Program-made: the position numbers and the translations under genes
Part shown: in pieces, positions 27,062-35,101 of the stretch
How the letters are laid out: each line of letters starts with the position of its first letter
Numbering within the stretch: position 1 is the first letter of the stretch
Notes under the pieces: model-generated
The model's database searches: none
What the model saw: the letters and a program-made list of their open reading frames with translations, nothing else
What the model was told of the DNA's origin: nothing
Assembly (NCBI GenBank): GCA_963775805.1
Contig: CAVZKG010000005.1
Coordinates: forward strand, 337,234 to 401,233
From: an uncultured Verrucomicrobiae bacterium
GTDB lineage: Bacteria; Verrucomicrobiota; Verrucomicrobiia; Chthoniobacterales; JAFAMB01
DNA: 64,000 bases
Direction of reading: 5' to 3'

Positions 27062-28138
27062 CTATACCTTTTGCTGGTTGAGTTGCGGTTGAACGGTGAC
27101 GATTTTTTGATCTTGGTTTTTGACTGGCTTACGCTTGCGAGTGGTTCGGCTTGGATTAACGACAGTCTCGACCTTTTGTTGAGATTCGATTATGGGAATT
27201 ACGGTTTTTATCGTGTGGTTGGCCGGCAACGGTTTCCCGTTCAGGTAGGTGCCAGCCGGTAGAAAATCTGCCGCTAGCCGGCTCGCCTTTTCCGCAAGGC
27301 TGGCTCGCAATTGACGGTTCATCTCCGGGTCTTTGTTCAGCGTCTTGTAAAGATCACCAAACAATCGGGTGATCTCATGGAATTCTTTCGGGACAGAATA
27401 CGGTTTGTGTTGTGTCGCTTTCGAAAATTCCAAAATCCGGTTCTCCCAGGCTTCCGGCAAAGGTGGCGCCCCGAGTTGGGCGAGCTTGCTCCGCAGTTCC
27501 TCTACGTTGCGAAACCCTTGCGTGATCGGTGGATAAAATGGAAACAGAGGACGGACGACATACACAGGATGCGGTTCGCCGGGCGCATTGTATGTCTGCG
27601 GATGGAGAAACAGGCTATGCCAGAAATGATGCGGATTTTCCGATTGATCCAGCCCGCGTCTGGTGGTTTTCGCGACCACAAAATTCGTTGGGTGATTGAT
27701 TGAGACGGAGTTGGCATGCGGCCGCAGGCTCTTCGGAACGATATGATGGCAATTAAACGACTCGCGCCTGCTGCGGGTTTGACCCGTACGAGCGGTTCGG
27801 ACTTCCGCGACAACGGCTGGCGGCCGGCCGCGCTCCATGAGTTCCACTCCCGAGGATCCAACGGCCAGCGCAGCGAGCGCCCGGCCAACCGGGTGCATGA
27901 CCAGTGCCTTGAGATAATCTGCCCGCAACGATTCATAGTCCCGCGCGACTTTTGCGTACTCCGGCCCGTCACGATCCACACCGGAAGAGAGGATTTTATC
28001 AAGAACGATTCCTGGCATCTCCGGGCACTTGCCGATGATCGAAGGATCGGCAGAGATTTGCTCCAAGTTTCGAATCATCTCGTCAACGGCTTTCACCATC
28101 GATGGACCTGGCGGAAAAGGTTCTAGATCGCGGGTCAT
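27062..28138 (-). CDS. Putative HNH/EndoVII-fold (AHH-like) nuclease-domain protein
   Basis: Central segment SFNCHHIVPKSLRPHANSVSINHPTNFVVAK...NPHHFWHSLFLH resembles the AHH-type HNH motif (xHHIxP...N...H). No signal peptide and no recognisable secretion or trafficking domain. Lys/Gln-rich C-terminal tail. Confidence 0.35.
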   Translation of the reverse strand: MTRDLEPFPPGPSMVKAVDEMIRNLEQISADPSIIGKCPEMPGIVLDKILSSGVDRDGPEYAKVARDYESLRADYLKALVMHPVGRALAALAVGSSGVELMERGRPPAVVAEVRTARTGQTRSRRESFNCHHIVPKSLRPHANSVSINHPTNFVVAKTTRRGLDQSENPHHFWHSLFLHPQTYNAPGEPHPVYVVRPLFPFYPPITQGFRNVEELRSKLAQLGAPPLPEAWENRILEFSKATQHKPYSVPKEFHEITRLFGDLYKTLNKDPEMNRQLRASLAEKASRLAADFLPAGTYLNGKPLPANHTIKTVIPIIESQQKVETVVNPSRTTRKRKPVKNQDQKIVTVQPQLNQQKV

Positions 28139-28221
28139 ACCAAATTATGAGAGCTTAAATAACATGCCAAAGGATTGTTCGCAACAATAAAAGAACATAA
28201 AAGTGAAATGTTATTTTCTTT

Positions 28222-28251
28222 GCATAAATGCTAGTGATCGAGCATTTATGC
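28222..28251. promoter_or_regulatory. 11-bp perfect inverted repeat GCATAAATGCT-N8-AGCATTTATGC in the AT-rich leader of the four-gene operon
   Basis: Read directly. Lies about 85-115 nt upstream of the 28138 start codon, in the most AT-rich stretch of this neighbourhood. Candidate operator; a hairpin after the upstream gene is an alternative. Confidence 0.35.
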
Positions 28252-28351
28252 GGCTTTCGCGCGGAACTATTCCAGTCCGCTGGAATCGCCCAGAGAGACC
28301 GGTGGGGTTGCCCGATTTTAGCGCCGTAAAGCCGTTTGCGGGGCGGTGACG

Positions 28352-29197
28352 CTAATTCGAATTGCCCGGCTGGGCGTTCGCGCCATCGCCTTCGATCGAC
28401 GCGATCAAGTTTCTTGCGATCGTCTGAATCGTAGCCGCATCTTCCTGCGATATTGCCTGTGAATCGGCCAGCTTTTGGCGAACCTGTTTCAGGCCCGCCG
28501 TGATTTCTGCGATCAGCGGCAACGATTTCAATGGGGTCGATAAGGTGTCGAGCCGCTGCAGATAGTAATCGAGTAAATCCAGTTCGCCGAGCTTTGCGGC
28601 GCGTTCAGGCGAAAAATCTGTGGCAACGCTTGCCGCGCCGATTTCCAGCCCGCGAATCCATCCTCCCAAACTGATGAGATGAGCCATTTCTTCGTCACGC
28701 AAATCGAGCATTGCCTTTTCGACATCTTTTTGAGTGACGATGAGTTCCTTGCGGAGACCGTTCCAGTCGGATTGTTTGGCGAGATCGAGCAGTTCTTTGC
28801 TGTGTCGATTGACGCGTTGCTGGACGCCGAGCCCTTTCGCTCGACGCAGCAGTTCTCGGCCGAGTGGTTCTATTTCTTTGTTTTCTTCAGCCTCGACGGC
28901 GAGAAAGGCATCTCCGATGAGCACGCCGAAGCTGAGAGCATATTTGACTCGGTTATCCAGACGAAGGGCGCGGGGAGCACGGGTCAGTTCCTGAAAAGGT
29001 ATCGGCTTGAGGGTGTCCAATGCGTTAAATAGCTGTTCGATGGACGGCGTCGTGTATTGATTGACGCCAAGTTCCTCGCGGAAATGGGGATCGGAAGTAA
29101 TGTCCGAATCCTGCTGAGCCTCGGCGAGTTCGGCGAAAACGAGACCAAAAACAACAACGAATCTGGCAAAAATCGAAGGCGACAAACCGGTGAGCAT
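28352..29197 (-). CDS. Secreted alpha-helical hypothetical protein
   Basis: Signal peptide MLTGLSPSIFARFVVVFGLVFAELAEAQQ. No family recognised. Confidence 0.55.
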   Translation of the reverse strand: MLTGLSPSIFARFVVVFGLVFAELAEAQQDSDITSDPHFREELGVNQYTTPSIEQLFNALDTLKPIPFQELTRAPRALRLDNRVKYALSFGVLIGDAFLAVEAEENKEIEPLGRELLRRAKGLGVQQRVNRHSKELLDLAKQSDWNGLRKELIVTQKDVEKAMLDLRDEEMAHLISLGGWIRGLEIGAASVATDFSPERAAKLGELDLLDYYLQRLDTLSTPLKSLPLIAEITAGLKQVRQKLADSQAISQEDAATIQTIARNLIASIEGDGANAQPGNSN

Positions 29198-29340
29198 CCC
29201 CCTTTCGCGCGAATTTATCCTCTTTGCAGTCGTCTGGCCAGAGATGTTATGCGAAGGATTTCCTCTTGACCATCAAAGGCAAAGGGGCATCATGACGCGG
29301 GGATTCGCAGGCCTTAACCCTCTGTAAATCACTGACTAAT

Positions 29341-30849
29341 ATGCATGGACACGTCGGGATGTACGTTTGGACAATTTGCTATTTCGTTGTAATTCTAGGG
29401 CTGTCTGCGTATGGCATTCATCGCTATGCCATTCTCTATCTCTACTTCAAAAACCGGCACCGGAAGCCGAAAGCGGTTTCAAACTTTGATGTACTGCCGA
29501 TGGTGACAGTTCAGCTTCCGATATACAACGAATTGTATGTCGTCGAGCGGCTCCTCAATGCCATCAGCAAGCTCGATTATCCAAAGGAGAAACTGGAAAT
29601 TCAGGTGCTGGATGACTCGACGGATGAAACGCGTGAAATGACGAATCGCGTGGTGGCAGATCTCCAGAAGCAGGGGTTTGATGCGACCGTTCTTCGTCGG
29701 GAGAACCGGATCGGGTTTAAAGCCGGAGCACTCGACAACGGATTCAAGAGGGCGAAAGGGGAATTCTTTTTCATTCTGGACGCCGATTTCGTTCCGCCGC
29801 GAACCATCTTGCACGACTGCATCCATTACTTCTGTGATCCGAAAGTCGGGATGATTCAAACCCGTTGGGGACACATCAATCGATCTTACTCCTGGCTGAC
29901 GCGTGCCCAGGCGATCCTATTGGATGGACACCTTGTTCTTGAACAGACCGCCAGAAGCCGGACAGGACGGTTCTTCAATTTCAACGGAACAGCCGGGTTG
30001 TGGCGAAAGCGCTGCATCGGCGAAGCGGGCGGTTGGCAGCACGATACATTAACGGAAGATCTTGATCTGAGTTATCGTGCTCAGCTGCGCGGATGGAAGT
30101 TTATCTTTCTGGCAGACATCGTCACTCCGGCGGAGTTACCGGTTGATATCGATGGATTCAAATCTCAGCAACATCGCTGGGCTAAAGGCTCTGTTCAGAC
30201 ATGCAAAAAAGTTTTGCCTCGCATCTGGAGCAGTAAACTTCCTCTGTTTATCAAGTTCGAAGCGACGGCGCATCTGACGGCGAACTTTGCCTACCTGCTG
30301 CTAGCGTGCCTTTGCGTTCTGTTGCACCCATCTTCCGCTGGGGCCGCCGCTTCAACGGTTGGCGGCGCCTTTCGAGTGATGCTGGTCGATCTCCCGATTT
30401 TTGCCGCAACAACTGTATCGACCGCGGTGTTTTACCTCTATGCCCAACGGGAGCTTTATCCGAAGGATTGGAAACGGGACATTCTATTTTTCCCGTTTGT
30501 GCTCGCGCTTGGAATCGGGTTATCGATCAACAATGCTCGAGCTGTTCTGGAGGCTGTCTTCAATCGCAGTTCGGACTTCTGCAGAACACCGAAATATGGG
30601 ATCGAAATCGCTAAGCAACAGTGGAATACCAGACGCTATGCCGCAGTACGTACGGTTATCCCATTTATCGAATTTATTTTCGCCCTCTACTTTACCTACT
30701 TTGTATTTCATGCTTTTCAAACGAGGGAATTTCTGTCAGTACCGTTTTTAATGTTGTTTCAGATTGGGTTTGCTTACGTAGCTTTTGGCTCGATGTGGCA
30801 ACGTTTCATCCGCCCTCAATGGAGTCAGAGGGATATTTCGGTGGTTTAG
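29341..30849 (+). CDS. Processive family-2 glycosyltransferase (cellulose-synthase-like/CslA-like)
   Basis: QLPIYNE, LDDSTD, ILDADF, TEDLDLSYR and QQHRWAKG (QxxRW), with N- and C-terminal TM helices. Confidence 0.85.
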   Translation: MHGHVGMYVWTICYFVVILGLSAYGIHRYAILYLYFKNRHRKPKAVSNFDVLPMVTVQLPIYNELYVVERLLNAISKLDYPKEKLEIQVLDDSTDETREMTNRVVADLQKQGFDATVLRRENRIGFKAGALDNGFKRAKGEFFFILDADFVPPRTILHDCIHYFCDPKVGMIQTRWGHINRSYSWLTRAQAILLDGHLVLEQTARSRTGRFFNFNGTAGLWRKRCIGEAGGWQHDTLTEDLDLSYRAQLRGWKFIFLADIVTPAELPVDIDGFKSQQHRWAKGSVQTCKKVLPRIWSSKLPLFIKFEATAHLTANFAYLLLACLCVLLHPSSAGAAASTVGGAFRVMLVDLPIFAATTVSTAVFYLYAQRELYPKDWKRDILFFPFVLALGIGLSINNARAVLEAVFNRSSDFCRTPKYGIEIAKQQWNTRRYAAVRTVIPFIEFIFALYFTYFVFHAFQTREFLSVPFLMLFQIGFAYVAFGSMWQRFIRPQWSQRDISVV

Positions 30850-30856
30850 GAGAAAG

Positions 30857-31570
30857 ATGGGAAAAGAATTTGTATATACTCTTTTGCTGGCCGGAGTTGT
30901 AACGCTCGGGCGGGCCCAAAGTCCCGCTCCGCCGACAACACCGGTGCCCGCAACTTCGCCTTCAGCTCCTGCTCCTGTTGTTGCCGCGACGCCGGCTCCA
31001 ACCCCGGCAGCGATCGTTGAGACTCAGCTTGTCGTCAGTATTCCCGAGCAGAAAATGGCTGTCGTCGTGAACGGCAAAATTTATAAAACGTACAAAATAT
31101 CCACCTCCCGCTACGGCGAAGGAGATTCTCTCGGCAGTTGGTGCACCCCGACCGGGCATCTGGCGGTGGCAACAAAAATTGGTGCTACGGTACCGTACGG
31201 CGGCGTTTTCGAGGGACGCCGATTCACTGGGGAAGTGCTTTCCGTCAATGCGCCCGGCAGGGATCCTATCGTCAGCCGCATCATCTGGTTGCGCGGCCTG
31301 GATTACGGCAACAAGAACGCTTATCACCGGTGCATCTACATCCACGGCACGCCCCAAGAGGACACTCTGGGCAAAAAAGCCAGCTACGGGTGCATTCGGA
31401 TGGCTTCCAGTGACGTGATTGAGATGTACAATTGGATCACAGCCGGAACGGAGGTTGCCGTGGTAGACAAGGGGATTTCGCGGGCTGTCAAGGATCTCGC
31501 GGATGATCATCGCTTAGTGGCCACAAATACCGCCGTCAAACCGGACTCCAGAGGGGAGTTGGTGCGTTAA
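30857..31570 (+). CDS. L,D-transpeptidase (YkuD domain) with Pro/Ala-rich linker
   Basis: AGGAGAAAG RBS before the ATG at 30857. Signal peptide MGKEFVYTLLLAGVVTLGRAQS. Catalytic block IYIHGTPQEDTLGKKASYGCIRM. Confidence 0.85.
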   Translation: MGKEFVYTLLLAGVVTLGRAQSPAPPTTPVPATSPSAPAPVVAATPAPTPAAIVETQLVVSIPEQKMAVVVNGKIYKTYKISTSRYGEGDSLGSWCTPTGHLAVATKIGATVPYGGVFEGRRFTGEVLSVNAPGRDPIVSRIIWLRGLDYGNKNAYHRCIYIHGTPQEDTLGKKASYGCIRMASSDVIEMYNWITAGTEVAVVDKGISRAVKDLADDHRLVATNTAVKPDSRGELVR

Positions 31571-31598
31571 GCGAGAGCGTATCACCGGTGGCGAGATT

Positions 31599-31624
31599 GG
31601 GCGGCCATTGAGGCCGCCTTTTTT
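31599..31624 (+). terminator. Rho-independent terminator after the L,D-transpeptidase gene
   Basis: GGCGGCC-ATTGA-GGCCGCC stem-loop followed by TTTTTT. Confidence 0.75.
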
Positions 31625-31866
31625 GTGCCGAATAACCGGGTTTTAAGCACGTCGAAACATTTCGAAGAATTCTTCGGCGTCTCGCGCTTTTTTCTTGATG
31701 GGTACAAGATCTAGTGTTTAATGGACCACGCTTGTGCTATATAATGGGATACGGGGCCACTTATCCCCAACAAATCACAAGTTAAACACAGGATTTTAGC
31801 CCGTCATGGACGGTTATTCACAAGTTATAATCAGCGGAACCCAATTTTTCAGGAAAGAGGCCCCAC

Positions 31867-34800
31867 ATGATTAAATTGAAAGCCGGTGTCCGAGCCAGTG
31901 ATTTGAAGGCGCGTACCCGCGGAACTCGCGCGCGTAGCAAGAAGAAGAGTGGGCTGAAATTCGAACGGTTTTTCAGCGCAGAAGGTCGATCTCCGTTTGA
32001 CGAGATCGAGTGGGAACGTCGGGTCGCCGAGATCACCGATGACAGCGGAAAGGTGATCTTTCGCCAGGAGGATGTGGAGGTTCCAAAGTCCTGGAGTGCA
32101 TTGGCTACAAAGATTGCCGTATCGAAGTATTTCTATGGAGACATCGCCAATGGGACTGACCCGTATGCCGGCGGCCGGGAGAACTCAGTTCGACAGCTGG
32201 CGCATCGTGTCACGCGGACGATTTCCGATTGGGGAATGAAGGATGGGTATTTCGCTGATAGCGCTTCTGCAGAAGCATTCTACGGAGACCTGACTTGGCT
32301 CTGCCTTAATCAGCATGGTGCATTCAACAGTCCGGTCTGGTTTAACGTCGGGCTCTACCAGCAGTATGGAGTTGGCGAGGGGGCCGGAAAAGGGAACTAC
32401 TTTTACAATCGGGCCACGGGCCAAGCCGAACGAGCGCCGACCCAATACGAGTATCCTCAGGCATCAGCGTGCTTTATCCAGTCAGTCGATGACACGATGG
32501 AAGACATCATGCGCTTGGCGACCAGCGAGGCGATGCTGTTCAAATACGGAAGTGGAACCGGATCGGATCTTTCGACTTTGCGCAGTACCCGGGAAAAGCT
32601 GAGTGGTGGAGGACGCCCAAGCGGGCCTCTCTCGTTTCTGCGCGTGTACGACCAGGTTGCCAACGTCGTCAAGAGCGGCGGTAAAACTCGCCGGGCAGCC
32701 AAAATGAACACTTTAAAGGATTGGCATCCCGACATCGAAGAGTTCATTGACGCAAAATCCAAGGAGGAAAAGAAAGCATGGGCGCTCATCGAACAGGGTT
32801 ACGACGGGAGCTACAATGGCGAAGCGTACGGCTCGATTATGTACCAGAACGAAAATCTCTCGGTTCGGGTGAGCGACGACTTCATGCAGGCCGCAATTGA
32901 CGGCAAAGAGTGGTGGACCCGCATGGTTGTGAGCGGCAAACCGTGTGACAAGAAGGATGCGCGCACCCTGCTGCGAAAAATTGCCGAAGGGACTTACATT
33001 TGCGGAGACCCGGGGATGCAGTTCGATTCGACCATTCACAAGTGGCATACGTGCAAAGGAACAGCGCGCCAAAATTCCACAAATCCCTGCTCAGAGTACC
33101 TTTTCCTCGACAATACGGCGTGCAATCTCGCTTCGCTGAACTTGATGAAATTCAAGAAAGCCGACGGCGGGTTCGACGTGGAAAGATTTAAAGCAGCCGT
33201 TCGAGTATTCATAACGGCGCAGGAAATACTGGTCGACAACGCCAGCTATCCAACCAAGGAAATCGCTGAGAACAGTCATATCTTTCGAACATTGGGGCTC
33301 GGTTTCGCCAATCTCGGCGCGCTCATGATGAGCTATGGCTACGGATACGATTCGAATGAAGCCAGAGCATTAGCCGGTTCAATCACCGCTATCATGACAG
33401 GCGAAGCCTATCTCCAAAGTGCCCGTACAGCCGGAGCGATGGGACCGTTCCAGGGATATCATGATTCGAGGGCGACCGGATTCTCCCGGACCTTGGCCCC
33501 GGACAACGTAGACCCTATGCAGGAGGTTATCCGGTTGCATCGGCAATACTGCGATCAAATCGAAGACTCAATCGAATTCGGTTCGCTCAAGGAACATGCA
33601 AAAGAAGTATGGAGCAACGCTTTCCGCATCGGTTCGGCAGATGGGTTCCGGAACGCTCAAGTGACAGTGCTAGCGCCGACGGGAACGATCGGGTTCCTGA
33701 TGGATTGCGACTCGACCGGTATTGAACCCGATATTGCTCTTGTGAAGTACAAGCTACTGGCTGGTGGCGGAATGCTGAAAATTGTGAACCAGACGGTTCG
33801 CCCTGCACTCGAAAAACTCGGTTATCCCGCGGATCAGATTGAGCAGATCCTTGCTCATATCAACGAACACGACACGATCGAGGATGTCGCAGTTCCTGAG
33901 AGCCAGATTGTGATCAAAAGCGGACTCAATCCGGAGCATCTGCCGATCTTTGATTGCGCGTTCAAACCCTACAAAGGCGAACGAAGTCTTCATTATCTCG
34001 GGCACCTGCGCATGATGGCTGCATGCCAGCCGTTTTTAAGTGGCGCGATTTCAAAGACGGTCAATCTCCCGAGCCACGCGACGGTCGACGAGATCATGAG
34101 CACCTATATCGAGGGTTGGCGCCTCGGACTGAAAGCCGTCGCAATTTATCGTGACGGATCGAAACGATCAGCTCCGCTCAACACAAAAAAGACCAAAGAC
34201 ATGGGTTCCGGCGAAGTCGCCGAAGCCGACGCGGGGCCTGAGGTGTTTCAGCGGCGGATCGTGGAATTGGAAAAGCAGATCGAGACGTTGCGGGCTAAAA
34301 TCGAGCTGCCCTCTCGCCGCCGGATGCCGGATACCCGGTTTTCGCTGACGCACAAGTTCGAGATCGCAGGCCACGAAGGGTATATCACAGTCGGTTTGTA
34401 CGAGAACGGGCAGCCGGGCGAACTTTTCGTCCAGATGGCGAAGGAAGGAAGCACAATCGGTGGACTCATGGACACGGTTGCAACCTTGAGTTCGTTGGCT
34501 CTTCAGTACGGAGTGCCCCTTGAAAGTCTCGTGAAAAAATTTGCTTATCAGCGTTTTGAACCGAGCGGCTTTACGAAAAATCCGGACATTCGGAACGCCA
34601 CCAGTATTACCGATTATATTTTCCGGTGGTTGGGATGCCAATTTATCAAAGGTTACAAGGAGGCGACGTCGCCGAGCCGTACTCAGCCCGACCTTCCGAT
34701 GAAGGAGATCGCTGATATCGACAAAAAGGCGATTAATCGCCCGGTCGCGGAACTGCCAAGAACAGCGGAAAAAGAAGTAATTGACGTGGTAACTAATCGG

Positions 34801-34986
34801 TCTAACTCAGAAGGAACGTCTGCCAACGGCAACGGTCTCTCGCAATTGCATGCCGACCGCGTCCAGGCCGCTTTGGAAAATATGTACATGGGTATGAGCT
34901 GCTCCCATTGCGGAAGCACGAAAGTGATTCGCGCCGGGGCATGCGGTGTCTGCACAGAGTGCGGAACTTCGCAGGGATGCAGCTAG
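31867..34986 (+). CDS. nrdJ: Adenosylcobalamin-dependent (class II) ribonucleotide reductase
   Basis: 1039 aa. SACFIQSV, TNPCSEYLFLDNTACNLASLNL (active-site Cys loop), AIYRDGSK. C-terminal Cys4 module CSHCGS...CGVCTECG. Confidence 0.88.
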   Translation: MIKLKAGVRASDLKARTRGTRARSKKKSGLKFERFFSAEGRSPFDEIEWERRVAEITDDSGKVIFRQEDVEVPKSWSALATKIAVSKYFYGDIANGTDPYAGGRENSVRQLAHRVTRTISDWGMKDGYFADSASAEAFYGDLTWLCLNQHGAFNSPVWFNVGLYQQYGVGEGAGKGNYFYNRATGQAERAPTQYEYPQASACFIQSVDDTMEDIMRLATSEAMLFKYGSGTGSDLSTLRSTREKLSGGGRPSGPLSFLRVYDQVANVVKSGGKTRRAAKMNTLKDWHPDIEEFIDAKSKEEKKAWALIEQGYDGSYNGEAYGSIMYQNENLSVRVSDDFMQAAIDGKEWWTRMVVSGKPCDKKDARTLLRKIAEGTYICGDPGMQFDSTIHKWHTCKGTARQNSTNPCSEYLFLDNTACNLASLNLMKFKKADGGFDVERFKAAVRVFITAQEILVDNASYPTKEIAENSHIFRTLGLGFANLGALMMSYGYGYDSNEARALAGSITAIMTGEAYLQSARTAGAMGPFQGYHDSRATGFSRTLAPDNVDPMQEVIRLHRQYCDQIEDSIEFGSLKEHAKEVWSNAFRIGSADGFRNAQVTVLAPTGTIGFLMDCDSTGIEPDIALVKYKLLAGGGMLKIVNQTVRPALEKLGYPADQIEQILAHINEHDTIEDVAVPESQIVIKSGLNPEHLPIFDCAFKPYKGERSLHYLGHLRMMAACQPFLSGAISKTVNLPSHATVDEIMSTYIEGWRLGLKAVAIYRDGSKRSAPLNTKKTKDMGSGEVAEADAGPEVFQRRIVELEKQIETLRAKIELPSRRRMPDTRFSLTHKFEIAGHEGYITVGLYENGQPGELFVQMAKEGSTIGGLMDTVATLSSLALQYGVPLESLVKKFAYQRFEPSGFTKNPDIRNATSITDYIFRWLGCQFIKGYKEATSPSRTQPDLPMKEIADIDKKAINRPVAELPRTAEKEVIDVVTNRSNSEGTSANGNGLSQLHADRVQAALENMYMGMSCSHCGSTKVIRAGACGVCTECGTSQGCS

Positions 34987-35059
34987 CTCAGAAATTTCCC
35001 AAGCGTAAGCTTTCGAGAGAGTTTCGAACGCTCTGGAAATAGGAATTCGTTGGGGGGAA

Positions 35060-35101
35060 GTGCCGGTGATGACTTTTAAGTTATCCCGGCGCTTTTTTTT
35101 A
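35060..35101 (+). terminator. Rho-independent terminator after nrdJ
   Basis: Imperfect long stem GTGCCGGTGATGAC-TTTTA-AGTTATCCCGGCGC followed by a T9 run. The T-run abuts the stop codon of the convergent DUF2851 gene. Confidence 0.65.

Noticed and set aside
29255-29325. c-di-GMP-I (GEMM) riboswitch-like string AAAGGCAAAGGGG...GACGC...CGCAGGCC upstream of the processive GT2 gene.
   Set aside because: The GGCAAACC...GGGACGCAAAGCC architecture and its tetraloop/receptor pairing are not reproduced. The similarity is limited to short G/A-rich words.
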